From: an uncultured Desulfospira sp.
GTDB lineage: Bacteria; Desulfobacterota; Desulfobacteria; Desulfobacterales; Desulfobacteraceae
Reading direction: 5' to 3'
Assembly (NCBI GenBank): GCA_963663165.1
Contig: OY760175.1
Location: forward strand, 5,824,001 to 5,888,000
DNA: 64,000 nt
Position numbers and translations under genes: made by a program. Position 1 is the first letter of the stretch; each line of letters begins with the position of its first letter. Shown piece by piece: positions 37,590 to 47,999 of this stretch. A model generated the notes under the pieces. That model saw only the letters and a program-made list of their open reading frames with translations, made no database searches and was not told where the DNA came from.

Positions 37590-39242
37590 TTACCGACGGT
37601 CCGGCCAGATGTCCCTGGACATTTCCGTAAGTTTGTATTTCTGGATTTTCCCGGATGCGGTCATGGGAAAGTCATTGACAAACTGAATATACCGGGGGAT
37701 TTTGTAACGGCTGATCTGCCCCCGGCAAAAATCCTGGATATCGCTGGGTTCAATATCGGCCCCGTCTTTTAAAATGACAAAGGCCCCGACCTCCTCCCCG
37801 TATTTGGGACTGGGCACGGCCGCAACCTGGACATCCCTGATTTCATCCATCCGGTAGAGAAATTCCTCGATTTCCCTGGGGTATACATTTTCCCCGCCCC
37901 GGATAATCATGTCCTTGTACCGTCCGGTGATGGACAGGTTGCCGGCCTCGTCCATTACCCCCAAATCGCCGGAATGGAGCCAGCCGTCTTTGTCAATGGC
38001 CTCTTTGGTGGCCGCTTCATTGTTGTAATACCCCTTCATGATATTGTACCCCCGGCAGCAGACCTCTCCCTGGGTTCCCGGGGGAACTTCCACTCGGGTT
38101 TCGGGATCAACGATTTTAACTTCAATATGGGGCAGGGCCCGGCCCACGGTCTCTACCCGCAGCCTGATATCATCGCCGATCCGGGTATAGGTCATCACCG
38201 GCGAGGCTTCGGTCAGGCCGTAGCAGATGGTAATGTCTGTCATATTCATCTTTTCAATGACCTGCTCCATGACCTGGACCGGGCAGTTTGATCCGGCCAT
38301 GATTCCGGTGCGAAGGGAGGAGAAGTCAAACTTGCTGAACATGGGGTGCTGGAGCATGGCAATAAACATGGTGGGCACCCCGTACAGGGCCGTGCATTTT
38401 TCCTGTTCCACGGCGGCCATGGTCTGTAAGGGGTCAAACCCTTCCTGAATCACCATACAGGTCCCGTGGTTCACCGCCGCCATCACCCCGAGAACACAGC
38501 CAAAACAGTGGAACAGCGGCACGGGCAGACAGACCCGGTCATTTTCGGAAAAGAGCTGGTTTTTGCCGATCCAGTACCCGTTGTTGCCGATGTTGTAATG
38601 GGTGAGCATGACCCCTTTGGGAAAGCCCGTTGTCCCGGAGGTATACTGCATATTGACCACGTCGTGGGGGGACAGGGAATCCTGCCGCTGCCGGTACTCT
38701 TGGTCGGACACCATGACACTGAGGGCCCGGATTTCCGGAATCGTGTACATGCCCCGGTGCTTTTCCTGGCCTAAAAAAGCCACCCGCTTGAGATGGGGAA
38801 ATTTTTCACTTGAAAGGCTGCCCCGCTGGCAGGTCTTAAGCTCGGGCACCAGATCGTAAAGGGTGGCAATGTAGTCGGTGTCCTGGAACCCGTCTATAGT
38901 AAATAGGTTTTCAGTTTCAGACTGGATGAGCAGGTATTCGAGTTCTGCTTTTTTATAGTTGGTGTTTACCGTTAGCAGGACGGCCCCGATTTTGGCCGTG
39001 GCAAACTGGAGGGTAACCCAGAAAGGAATATTGGTGGCCCAGACCGCTACCTTTTCCCCTTTTTGAATCCCCAGGGCCATGAGCCCCCTGGCCACTTCAT
39101 CCACAAGGTCTGAGAACTGGCCGTAGGTGAGCCTGAAATCCCGGTCCACATAGACCAGGGCGTCATGATCGGCAAAGCGTTCAACGGTATAATCCAGGAT
39201 GCCCCCAAGGGTCAGTTCTCTTAATCCGGTTTCAGCGTTCAT
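37590..39242 (-). CDS. AMP-dependent acyl-CoA synthetase
   Basis: QYTSGTTGFPKG, YGLTE, GWLHSGDLG, GGENVYPREIE, SGKIQK; AGGA RBS before ATG 39242. Confidence 0.95.
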   Translation of the reverse strand: MNAETGLRELTLGGILDYTVERFADHDALVYVDRDFRLTYGQFSDLVDEVARGLMALGIQKGEKVAVWATNIPFWVTLQFATAKIGAVLLTVNTNYKKAELEYLLIQSETENLFTIDGFQDTDYIATLYDLVPELKTCQRGSLSSEKFPHLKRVAFLGQEKHRGMYTIPEIRALSVMVSDQEYRQRQDSLSPHDVVNMQYTSGTTGFPKGVMLTHYNIGNNGYWIGKNQLFSENDRVCLPVPLFHCFGCVLGVMAAVNHGTCMVIQEGFDPLQTMAAVEQEKCTALYGVPTMFIAMLQHPMFSKFDFSSLRTGIMAGSNCPVQVMEQVIEKMNMTDITICYGLTEASPVMTYTRIGDDIRLRVETVGRALPHIEVKIVDPETRVEVPPGTQGEVCCRGYNIMKGYYNNEAATKEAIDKDGWLHSGDLGVMDEAGNLSITGRYKDMIIRGGENVYPREIEEFLYRMDEIRDVQVAAVPSPKYGEEVGAFVILKDGADIEPSDIQDFCRGQISRYKIPRYIQFVNDFPMTASGKIQKYKLTEMSRDIWPDRR

Positions 39243-39257
39243 GATGTCCTTCCTTTT

Positions 39258-39348
39258 ATATGAAAGTCTCACTAACATTCCGAGAAGACTTTCATTATTT
39301 GTTGTGGACGGTTCTTGGTTGGATAATCCAAGCCGTCCGTGACGGTTA
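39258..39348 (+). repeat. Two-hairpin structured repeat, single 91-nt copy inside an operon
   Basis: Close to the unit at 25110; GGAC/GTCC replaces GGGC/GCCC; its end overlaps the XRE stop codon. Confidence 0.9.
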
Positions 39349-39915
39349 GTCCGGAATATAGATCACGGCGTGAATTTCAGCCTTTTCATCCCCAACGCAG
39401 GAGACATAATGGGGAACAATGGAATTGTAATAAACGGAATCCCCTTGATTCAGCACATGGGCCTCTTTGCCGTAAATCACCTCAATACTGCCGGAGACCA
39501 CGGCAATAAATTCTTCTCCCTCGTGGGCGGACAATTTTTTTTCTTTGGCAGACTCGGGCAGGATCTCAACAAAAAAGGGTTCCATGTGCCGGTCGGTTTT
39601 GCCTTTGCCAAGGGCGTAGAAATTTAAGGCAGCCGGTTTGTTTTTGCCGTCCAGAACGCTGAATTCAGCTTCCCGGTCAGCTTTGCGGACAATATAAGGA
39701 TCGGTGCTGGTCTGATCGTCCAGAAAGGTGCCAAGACGGACCCCTAAAGCCCGGGCAATTTTCATCAGCGGCCCTAAAGGGGGGAAGGTTTCCTCTTTCA
39801 TCATGGTTTCCAGAAACCCCTGGTCAAGCCCGGTTTCCGAGGCCAGGCCGGGAAGGTCCATTCCCCTTTTATCCATGTAGTCCTTTATTCTCCGGCTGAT
39901 TTTACCGGTTTCCAT
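39346..39915 (-). CDS. XRE-family HTH + cupin transcriptional regulator
   Basis: PPLGPLMKIARALGV HTH; MEPF, HEGEEF, GDSVYYNSIVPH cupin motifs. Confidence 0.93.
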   Translation of the reverse strand: METGKISRRIKDYMDKRGMDLPGLASETGLDQGFLETMMKEETFPPLGPLMKIARALGVRLGTFLDDQTSTDPYIVRKADREAEFSVLDGKNKPAALNFYALGKGKTDRHMEPFFVEILPESAKEKKLSAHEGEEFIAVVSGSIEVIYGKEAHVLNQGDSVYYNSIVPHYVSCVGDEKAEIHAVIYIPD

Positions 39916-40094
39916 AGCGATGTGCCTCCTTAAAAAATCAAATTAAAATTTGATGTATAATATAAGCACTTGCCCTTTGTCAAAGCCTGTTGGGCCTTTT
40001 TCGAAGGTGCATGCAACAAATAAGTTATTGACCTTGACTGTGGCGGCCTACAATCCGTTCAACTGCCGGCCGGCAGGGTATTCAATCAGCCTAA

Positions 40095-41396
40095 TTACCT
40101 AAAGACCACCCTGGCCCGGTGCCGGCCGGATTCGATGCTGCTGGTATAGGGCCAGTTCAGCTTGTCGCACAGCTGACGGGTTAACTGCAAGCCAAGCCCG
40201 AACCCCAGGTCTTTGTCTGTCTGGTTGTCTTGGATGATATCGTTTTTAATTTCCACGCCGTCCCGGGTCTGGGTGATTTGTATCCCGCCATGCCAGGTAT
40301 GCTGAAAGGCGTTCCGGATCAGGTTGCCCGTCACGATCCGGGCCGGTATGACCGGAAGCTTTAAAACAGACGGCTCTGTTTCAAGGCTGACCGACACTTC
40401 TTTGTCCCGGAGCAGGTAGCCGGCCTCGTCCACCAGTTCTTTGACCAGGGATTCAAGGTCCAGGTCGGATTCCGGGAGCCGGGTTTCCTCATCCCGGCTC
40501 AGCCAGAGCAGGGTCTGGGTCAGATGCTTCATGGTCAGGGATGCCCGGTCGATCCGGCCGATCCCCCGCTGTTTCTGCTCTTCTTTGGCCAGTGCCTTGT
40601 CCGGGGCTTTTGGGGGGGCATTTTCACTGGTTTCCACCAGTTTTTTAAGCAGCTCCACATTGTTCCGGATGATGCTGATGGGGGTGCGAAGTTCGTGGCT
40701 GCTGTGGCGCAGGAACCGGTGTTCCCGGTCCAGGCTCTCGTGGGCCGATGACAGGCTGTCCCGGATCATCCGGGCCAGTTCATTGAGTTCGGGATAGACA
40801 AAATCCGGTGCCGGATCATTGAGGTTTTTGGCATCCAGGCTGCGGGCCCACCGGCCCATGGATTTGACCGGCCGTTCCACCAGTTTGAGAAGAATAAAGA
40901 TAAAACCGGCAATGCCCAGGGCCGTTAACAGGCTGATGCTGATCAGGGTCCGTAGGTTTTTGTGCCGGTCCTGTCCGATTAACGGCGAGGCTTCGTTGTG
41001 GCTTGCCACATGGCCGATATAATAGGTCTCTGCCTTAAAAGAGACCCTCATGGCAAATACCATGGCCCGTGGCGGCCCTAAGGTTTTATTTTTCTTTTCA
41101 ACCTTAAGCTGGCCGGGCTGGCCTGGTTCCTCCATGGAAAGCCTTATCTCTTCTGGCATCTGCTCCCATTCCCGGCTGATCAGATATCCGCTGAAGGCGG
41201 TCAGCGTTTCTCTTTCAGGCGCTGGTATGGCAGTGATGTAGCTTTTCAGGGCATTGGCCATGCCGCCGGCCATCATCCGGTCCATGCCCTTGAAAAAAAA
41301 CTGGATACTTAAGATGGAATACCCGATAATCAGCAGGATGGCCGGGACCAGAAAAGACAGGGCTGCAAACCATTTCAGGCTGATGCCGGGTTTCAT
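40095..41396 (-). CDS. Sensor histidine kinase
   Basis: Two TM segments, SHELRTP H-box, NLIRNAF N-box, GFGLGL. Confidence 0.92.
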   Translation of the reverse strand: MKPGISLKWFAALSFLVPAILLIIGYSILSIQFFFKGMDRMMAGGMANALKSYITAIPAPERETLTAFSGYLISREWEQMPEEIRLSMEEPGQPGQLKVEKKNKTLGPPRAMVFAMRVSFKAETYYIGHVASHNEASPLIGQDRHKNLRTLISISLLTALGIAGFIFILLKLVERPVKSMGRWARSLDAKNLNDPAPDFVYPELNELARMIRDSLSSAHESLDREHRFLRHSSHELRTPISIIRNNVELLKKLVETSENAPPKAPDKALAKEEQKQRGIGRIDRASLTMKHLTQTLLWLSRDEETRLPESDLDLESLVKELVDEAGYLLRDKEVSVSLETEPSVLKLPVIPARIVTGNLIRNAFQHTWHGGIQITQTRDGVEIKNDIIQDNQTDKDLGFGLGLQLTRQLCDKLNWPYTSSIESGRHRARVVFR

Positions 41397-41398
41397 GT

Positions 41399-42070
41399 TC
41401 AAGGCTCCTTTCTTAAGGCAAAGCCGTGGCCTGCCACGGTCTGGACCAGGGCACAGTCAAATCCCTCATCCACGGCCTTTCGAAGGTGGTGCAGGTGAAC
41501 TTTAAGGCTGTTGCTGTCCGGGGGCTCATCCCCCCAGACAGATTCAATGAGTTTCTGCTTGGAAACCGTGTCCGGCGAGGCCCGCAGCAGGGCTTCGAGC
41601 AGCAGCCATGCCGTGGGGGACAGCTTTATTTTTTTGCCGGCCCGGGCCAGGGTCCCTTCTTTTAAGTTCATTTCAAGGTCCTCACACTTAAGGCGCCTGG
41701 CCTGGCCGCTGCGCCGCCGGGCCAGGGCATGGATCCGGACCACCAGTTCCTTGAGTTCAAAGGGTTTTACCAGGTAGTCATCGGTGCCGGCCTCAAATCC
41801 GGCCACTTTATCATCCAGGCTGTCCCTGGCCGTGAGCATGAGGACCGGGGTGTCGTTGCCGTCGTTGCGCAGCTGTTCACAAAGGCTTAACCCGTCAAGC
41901 CTGGGCAGGTTCAAATCCAGCAGCACCACGTCGTACCGGTTTTCTTTTATGAGCTTGCTGCCGGCCACACCGTTGCTGGCATAATCGCAGGCAATGGATT
42001 CAATGGCCAGGTAATCGATCACGGTTTCGGCCAGATCAAAATCATCTTCCACCAAAAGCACGGTTAACAC
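41399..42070 (-). CDS. OmpR-family response regulator
   Basis: VEDD, LLDLNLP, LTA, DDYLVKPF, winged-helix C-terminus. Confidence 0.96.
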   Translation of the reverse strand: MLTVLLVEDDFDLAETVIDYLAIESIACDYASNGVAGSKLIKENRYDVVLLDLNLPRLDGLSLCEQLRNDGNDTPVLMLTARDSLDDKVAGFEAGTDDYLVKPFELKELVVRIHALARRRSGQARRLKCEDLEMNLKEGTLARAGKKIKLSPTAWLLLEALLRASPDTVSKQKLIESVWGDEPPDSNSLKVHLHHLRKAVDEGFDCALVQTVAGHGFALRKEP

Positions 42071-45000
42071 GGCGCCTCCTTTTGCCCAAAGGGATTGAGA
42101 AAGGACTTCAACCAGGACAGAAAATTTACGACATCATGGTGGCAGGCCAGCAGCACCGGAATCAGAATCAAGGTGATCACGGTGGCGAACATGATCCCGT
42201 AAGCCAGGGAAACCGCTGCCGGAATCAGGAACTGGGCCTGAAACGAGGTCTCCTGCAACAGCGGCAGAAGGCCTGCCACTGTGGTCAGGGAGGTCAGCAG
42301 AACCGCCCGAAGCCGCCCTTTGCCGGAAAGGGTAATGGCATCAACCAGGCCCATATCGCTTTCCCGCCTCAGGTTGTTGAAGGTGGAGACCAGCAGCAGG
42401 CTGTCATTGACCACCACACCGGACAGGGCAATGATACCATTAAGGGACAAAATTCCCAAGGACAGATCATTCAACCAGTGCCCTAATACCGCCCCCACAA
42501 CACCAAAGGGAATGGCTGTCATGATTAAAAAGGGCTGGATATAAGATTTTAACGGGATGGCCAAAAGAAAATAAATGATAAACAGGGCCAGGATAAACAT
42601 ATGGATCATGGAGTTTCCCGTTTCCGCCTGTTCTTCGGCCTCACCGGAGAAATTGATATCCAGGTTGGCATACTGCTGTGTGAGCTTGGGCACTATCTGT
42701 TTTTGAAGCTGCATGACCAGTTCCGTGGACGAGATCATGTCCTTGTCCACGTCCGCTGAAATATAAACGGCCCGTTTGCCGTCAATGCGGGAGATGGTGT
42801 CCCGGGTATAGCCCGAGGTGACATTGGCCACACTGGAAAGGGGGACCACCGTGCCGTCCGAGGTCCGGATATCGGCGTGCATGACGTCGCTGACGCTTTT
42901 TCTGGCATTTTCCGGATACCGGACCTTGACCTCAACCTCGTCGGCGGAGCGCTGGAACCGCTGGACCACCTGGCCGGAAAAGGCCTGAAGCACCTGTTGG
43001 GCCAGCATGTCCGTGGTGACCCCCTGGGCCCGTCCCTGTTCGGTCAGTGCCAGGTACAGCTGGGGCTGGCCCGGCTCTAAGTTGTCTTCAATGCCGCTGA
43101 CCGCTGGGATGGTGGACAAATGGGCCTTGAGTGCTTCCCCGGCCAGGGTCAGGACCGTGTCATCGCTGGAGCGAAGTTCGATTCTCAGGGCATCCACCAT
43201 GCCCGGGTGGCTTTGGACACTCAGGGTTTTGGCCCCTTCGGGCAGGGCGCAAAGCTGCCGCCACTGCCGGGTAAAGGTATTGATGTCATAGGTGGCGGTG
43301 TCGGTGAGGGAAAGCTTGACCGATCCGGCCTGGTCGGACTGGGACAGCACCTGGAGGGATTCAATGGCGCAGCCTTTATCGTCCTGGGTTTTGCGCAGCA
43401 GCCGGTCCGCCTCATAGGCCCTGGATTCAAGCCGGTTCAAGGCCCCATGGGTCTGGCCGAAACTGGCATCGTTTCTCATGGTCAGTTCGGCCCGGACCGT
43501 GTCCCCGGGAATGTCCGGAAAAAAGCTTAGCCGGACCATGCCGGTAAAGGGCATGGCAATGACAAAGATGAAAATCCCCATGAACAGAACAATTACGGTA
43601 TACCGGTGGTGAAGGGCAACCTTCATCAGCGGGCCGTACACCCGCTCGTTGACAACGTACAGGGCATGGTCGGTAAATTTTTGAATTCCAAGCCAGATGC
43701 GCTTTAAGGGGTTTCTTCCCGGGCTCTGGCCGGTATTGAGGTGGGATAAATGAGAGGGCAGAATCAGCTTGGATTCAATCACCGACAAGATCAGGCAGAT
43801 GGTAACGACAATGGCAAACTGGGAATACAGCTGTCCCAAATGGCCGCTGGTCTGGGAAATGGCGTAAAAGGCCGCCACCGTGGTAAACACCCCGAACAAG
43901 GTGGGCATGGCCACCTTAAGGGCCCCCTTAATGGTGTTTTCAATGGTGTCTCCCTCATTTGACCTTGTGGTGTAAATGCTCTCCCCGATGACCACGGCAT
44001 CATCCACCACGATCCCTAAGGCCATGATAAACCCGAAGGTGGTAAACTCGTTTAACGACAGCCCGGCAAAGGCGTCCCCCATGAAATACAGGGTCCCGAA
44101 AAAGATAAAGGGCAGGCCCATGGCCACCCAGAAGGCAACGGTGAGGTTTAAAAACAGGGCCAGAAGGGCAAACACAATGGCAAACCCGGTCAGGGCGTTG
44201 CGCCCGAGAAGTTCCAGCCGTTCGGTGATCATGGTGCTTCGGTCGTACCAGGAGGCCAGTTTAATATTGTCCGGCAGTTCCCCGCCGGCCTTAAATTCTC
44301 CCACCACTTTTTTGGCGGCAGCAACCGTCTTTAAAATATCGTCCTGGCCTGTGGTGATCACCTGGAGGGCGATGCTGGTATGGCCGTTAAACCGGGACAG
44401 GACCGGGGTTTCATCGTCAAAGGTATCGTCAATGGTGGCCACGTCCCCGAGCCTGATCCGGCTGCCGTCCTCAAGGCTGACCAGGGGGATATTGGAAAAC
44501 TCTTCTTTTAAATAGGCCTGTTCCGAGGCCTTGAGCTGGAGGTAGAGATTTTTATTTCGCAGCACGGCGGTTCTTGAGGTGCCGGATTCCGTATTAATGG
44601 CATCTTCCACATCGGACAGGGACAGGCCAAAGGATTGAAGCTGGGCTTCGTCAATCTCAACACTGATCATGGGATCCAGGTCGCCTGAAATCTCCACCCG
44701 GTTGACATAGGCATTGGCCAGCAGGTCATCTTTCAACGTTTCGGCCAGCTGCTGGAGGGTGTGGCGGTCGGCCTCTCCGTAAAACTGGAGCCAGAGGGCA
44801 TGTTCTTCCCGTTCCGCCTTTTCAATAACCGGCTTGTCCGCATCGGACGGAAAATTGGAAATGGCGTCCACCTTGGATTTGACATCCCTTAACAGGACAT
44901 CCAGGTCATAGTCGTCCTCTTTTTCCACGGTAACGGTGGTGCCGCTGGTGGTGGAAGAACTGGTAATGGATTTGATGCCCAGCACATCTTCGAGCTGTTC

Positions 45001-45219
45001 CTCGATCTTGATGGCCAGTCCCTCTTCGGACTGCTGGGCCGATCCGCTGTCATAGGTGACCGAGACGGTCAGGCTGTTGGGCTCAAGGCTTGGAAAAGCC
45101 TCTTTTCTCAATTTCCCCATCTGCATTAAGCCAAGGCTGATGATCAGGATCAGCAGCAGGTTGGCTGCCACCGGGTTCCCGGCAAACCAGGGGATGATGC
45201 CTTTCATTTTCTCACTCAT
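42064..45219 (-). CDS. RND efflux permease (AcrB/AcrD/AcrF family)
   Basis: NPVAANLL, GIVVDDAVV, GVVVNDSLL, RLRAVLLTSLTT. Confidence 0.95.
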   Translation of the reverse strand: MSEKMKGIIPWFAGNPVAANLLLILIISLGLMQMGKLRKEAFPSLEPNSLTVSVTYDSGSAQQSEEGLAIKIEEQLEDVLGIKSITSSSTTSGTTVTVEKEDDYDLDVLLRDVKSKVDAISNFPSDADKPVIEKAEREEHALWLQFYGEADRHTLQQLAETLKDDLLANAYVNRVEISGDLDPMISVEIDEAQLQSFGLSLSDVEDAINTESGTSRTAVLRNKNLYLQLKASEQAYLKEEFSNIPLVSLEDGSRIRLGDVATIDDTFDDETPVLSRFNGHTSIALQVITTGQDDILKTVAAAKKVVGEFKAGGELPDNIKLASWYDRSTMITERLELLGRNALTGFAIVFALLALFLNLTVAFWVAMGLPFIFFGTLYFMGDAFAGLSLNEFTTFGFIMALGIVVDDAVVIGESIYTTRSNEGDTIENTIKGALKVAMPTLFGVFTTVAAFYAISQTSGHLGQLYSQFAIVVTICLILSVIESKLILPSHLSHLNTGQSPGRNPLKRIWLGIQKFTDHALYVVNERVYGPLMKVALHHRYTVIVLFMGIFIFVIAMPFTGMVRLSFFPDIPGDTVRAELTMRNDASFGQTHGALNRLESRAYEADRLLRKTQDDKGCAIESLQVLSQSDQAGSVKLSLTDTATYDINTFTRQWRQLCALPEGAKTLSVQSHPGMVDALRIELRSSDDTVLTLAGEALKAHLSTIPAVSGIEDNLEPGQPQLYLALTEQGRAQGVTTDMLAQQVLQAFSGQVVQRFQRSADEVEVKVRYPENARKSVSDVMHADIRTSDGTVVPLSSVANVTSGYTRDTISRIDGKRAVYISADVDKDMISSTELVMQLQKQIVPKLTQQYANLDINFSGEAEEQAETGNSMIHMFILALFIIYFLLAIPLKSYIQPFLIMTAIPFGVVGAVLGHWLNDLSLGILSLNGIIALSGVVVNDSLLLVSTFNNLRRESDMGLVDAITLSGKGRLRAVLLTSLTTVAGLLPLLQETSFQAQFLIPAAVSLAYGIMFATVITLILIPVLLACHHDVVNFLSWLKSFLNPFGQKEAPC

Positions 45220-45220
45220 G

Positions 45221-46384
45221 CTATTTCTCCTCCACCGGGTTGACCGTCATCCCTTTAAGGTAATGGCTCAAGGGGTGGATCAGGATTTTCCGGGGCGTGC
45301 CGGCCAGGTCTTCGGGCGGTATGACGTAGACGGCATCCTGGTAGCTGAACAGCGGCTCTGTGGAAAAAGAGGCCAGGGTGTTGTCCGCGGCCACATACCA
45401 GATTTCCCCTTTCTGGCTGAAGGCCGATCCGGGCAGTTCCCACAGGTTGTCCATGGTCTGTCCGTTGATGGTGACCTTGACAAAGGTGTTGAACAGCAGG
45501 GGCGGGTCTGAATCCAGGGGGCTGTCCAGCGCAACGATAAGCCTTTGCTGCCTGGATTTTTCATCCACCTGGCCCAGGGCCCGCAAAATATAACCGGTCC
45601 ATTCCCGGCCGCTCTGGGCATGAACCAGGGTCACCGGCCACTTTCCGGAACTGAGGGCCTTTGTATCGGGCAGGCCCGACCATTGGGAGTCGGACAGGGA
45701 GACCGTTATTTCGGCCCGGTCGGTGCTGTAGAGGGCGGCAAGGGTGGACCCGGCCTGGACAAAGCTGCCAGGAGAAACACTCCGTTCCACCACCAGGGCG
45801 TCAAAGGGGGCCGTGATTTTGGTGTGGGACAGGTCGGCTTTGGCGGTTTCCACAGCCGCCTTGGCTGCGGCCACGGCCTGCTTGGCGGCCGCTACCTGGG
45901 GGCCCCTGAGGACCAGTTCCGAAGCCGGCTCCCCTGAAAGACCTGAAGATTGCCATTCCGCCTTGGCCTGGACCGCCTGGCGCTGTTCTTCCAGCAGGGA
46001 CAACTGGGCATCTGAAAGCTCTTTTTGGGCCGTGGCCAACGCCTGCCGGTACTCGGTATCGTCCAGCGCGGCCATCAATTCCCCTTTTTTGATCCGTTTC
46101 CCGGTCTCAAAGGCGTTGGAGAGGGTTTTAACCTGCCCTGAAACCCTGGCGGTCAGGGTAAGTTCAAAATGGGGGCTGACACTGCCAAAGCCGGTGATCC
46201 GGGCATGGTAGCTGCCGGCAGAAACCATGGTCACGGATACCTCCGGGTGCTGGACCACCTCTTCTTTCTGGAGGGCCGGCCGGGCGGCCTGGGCCTTGAC
46301 GGCTTTCTGGATATAAAGGACAATGCCGGCCACCATAAGGACGGCGGCCAGAAATACGAGAAATTGAAAAAGGCGTCGTATCAT
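45221..46384 (-). CDS. RND periplasmic adaptor (MFP)
   Basis: N-terminal TM segment, ARVSGQV, coiled hairpin, TKITAPFDA. Confidence 0.93.
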   Translation of the reverse strand: MIRRLFQFLVFLAAVLMVAGIVLYIQKAVKAQAARPALQKEEVVQHPEVSVTMVSAGSYHARITGFGSVSPHFELTLTARVSGQVKTLSNAFETGKRIKKGELMAALDDTEYRQALATAQKELSDAQLSLLEEQRQAVQAKAEWQSSGLSGEPASELVLRGPQVAAAKQAVAAAKAAVETAKADLSHTKITAPFDALVVERSVSPGSFVQAGSTLAALYSTDRAEITVSLSDSQWSGLPDTKALSSGKWPVTLVHAQSGREWTGYILRALGQVDEKSRQQRLIVALDSPLDSDPPLLFNTFVKVTINGQTMDNLWELPGSAFSQKGEIWYVAADNTLASFSTEPLFSYQDAVYVIPPEDLAGTPRKILIHPLSHYLKGMTVNPVEEK

Positions 46385-47733
46385 TATTTTGCTCCAATGC
46401 CCAGCGCAAGTCCTAAGGTGATCCGGTTGGCAAGGCGTTCATATTTAAGGGTGTTCAGTTCAATGGCAAGGTCAAAGGTCTTGGTCTGTACCGTGAGCAG
46501 GTCCAGCATGTCGCAAAGCCCCTGGCGGTAACTTTTCCGGTACTGGGCAAGGGTGTCAATGGCCGTGTCAAGGGCGGCTTTAATATGGCCCTGCTGTTTG
46601 GCCAATGATCGCTCAAGCCCTAAGGCGTCCTCGATCTCCTGAATCGCAGTGTACAGGGTTTCCCGGTAGGCTTCAAAGGCCTGGGCGGTTTCAAGCCCGG
46701 CGATTTCTGCCTGGGCACGAAGCTGCCCGCCCTGAAACAGCGGTGCGGTGAGCTGGCCCAGCAAAGACCAGGCAGGACTTGTCAACAGGGCGGCCTCAGG
46801 AGAGGAAGCGGTATCGATAAGGGCGGCCTCAAGGCTGATAGAGGGCAGCAGGTCTTTATAGGCCACATCCGCATTTAAATCAGCCGCTTCAATGGCCAGA
46901 TAAGCGGCTTTAAGGTCAGGCCGCCGGTTAAGGGTCTGCTCGGGCAGGCCGGCCAAAGGGAGCAGAACATCGGCATACTCATCCGGGATGGAAACCGCTG
47001 TGCCGGGTTGGCCCAAAAGGGTGTTAAGGGCCCGCTGCTGCTGGGCAAGGGTTTCCCGGTAGCCTTCAAGGGAAGCTTTGGCCGATGAGGTTGCGCTTTT
47101 GGCGCTGTCCAGGTCTTCTAAGGTCCCTAACCCGGAACGGTACCGTTCCCTGGTATAATTTTCCGTTTTTTCAAATACTTCAAGACGCCTTTGCTCAATG
47201 GCAATGGTTTTCTTTGCCGATGTCAGCCCCAGCCAGGCGGTCATGATTTCCGCAGCCAGGGTATCCCGGGCTGACTGGTAGAGCATTTGCTGCTCTTCGA
47301 CATTCTTTAAGGCGGCCTTTGAGCTGTCTTCAAGCTTATGCCACAGATCCAGTTCCCAGCTCACGGTAAGGGAGCCGGTATACACATCATCCTGGTCCTC
47401 TTCCTTGGAACCTGAAAACCCGGCGGAGACTCCGGGCAGGGTTTCGCCTTTGGTCTGCCGGTACTCGGCCTTGCGGATTTTTAAGGTCAACAGGGTCTGG
47501 GCAAGACCCGGGTTGGCCTCAAGCCCTTTCTCAACCAGGGATTCAAGTTCCTCTGACTGGATCAGGTCTCCGAGAATGGTGACCTCCCAGCCCGTGTCAG
47601 GGCCGTTGAATGTTTCAATCTTTGTCTGTTCGTTTTCTGCCATGGCCGCATAGTCCCTGTCCTGTCCCGTGGTGGCACAGGCAAAGAGCGTCAAAAGGCA
47701 GAGTACGGACAAAATGGATTTGGGGGTGGGCAT
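46384..47733 (-). CDS. TolC/OprM-family outer membrane efflux lipoprotein
   Basis: LFAC lipobox, NPGL, SWELDLW, RRPDL, PLFQGG; AGGAG RBS before ATG 47733. Confidence 0.93.
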   Translation of the reverse strand: MPTPKSILSVLCLLTLFACATTGQDRDYAAMAENEQTKIETFNGPDTGWEVTILGDLIQSEELESLVEKGLEANPGLAQTLLTLKIRKAEYRQTKGETLPGVSAGFSGSKEEDQDDVYTGSLTVSWELDLWHKLEDSSKAALKNVEEQQMLYQSARDTLAAEIMTAWLGLTSAKKTIAIEQRRLEVFEKTENYTRERYRSGLGTLEDLDSAKSATSSAKASLEGYRETLAQQQRALNTLLGQPGTAVSIPDEYADVLLPLAGLPEQTLNRRPDLKAAYLAIEAADLNADVAYKDLLPSISLEAALIDTASSPEAALLTSPAWSLLGQLTAPLFQGGQLRAQAEIAGLETAQAFEAYRETLYTAIQEIEDALGLERSLAKQQGHIKAALDTAIDTLAQYRKSYRQGLCDMLDLLTVQTKTFDLAIELNTLKYERLANRITLGLALGIGAK

Positions 47734-47812
47734 CGTAACTCCTGTCTGACGGATATGGCTTCTTGCTCCCATCATATAGTTTAAAAATTCCTGTTTTCTA
47801 TCATGTACCGTC

Positions 47813-47959
47813 TAACTGCCACGGGCCGTCTTGGTTATCCAACCAAGAACCGCCCACAACAAATAATGAAACTGAAGATACCAGCAACGGTAGACTATAA
47901 ATTGGGCACCGCAGGTGCTTCGCCCTCTTGTCTCTTGTTTCTTGTCTCCAGTTTCTTAT
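47813..47959 (-). repeat. Two-hairpin structured repeat, long variant (inverted copy)
   Basis: Reverse complement of 5606..5752 with about 3 substitutions. Confidence 0.92.
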
Positions 47960-47978
47960 AATAAGGTTTACCAGCCAG

Positions 47979-47999
47979 GGGGTTAACGAGGGGTTAACG
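47979..47999 (-). promoter_or_regulatory. Putative OmpR-family binding site
   Basis: Perfect direct repeat GGGGTTAACG-A-GGGGTTAACG (11-bp period) upstream of an operon encoding an OmpR-type regulator. Confidence 0.55.

Noticed and set aside
39258..39348. Integron attC site (TAAC on a stop codon, GTTAG inside)
   Set aside because: No end-to-end palindrome with R and L boxes, the far end lacks GTTRRRY, there is no integrase, and the flanking genes are an ordinary operon
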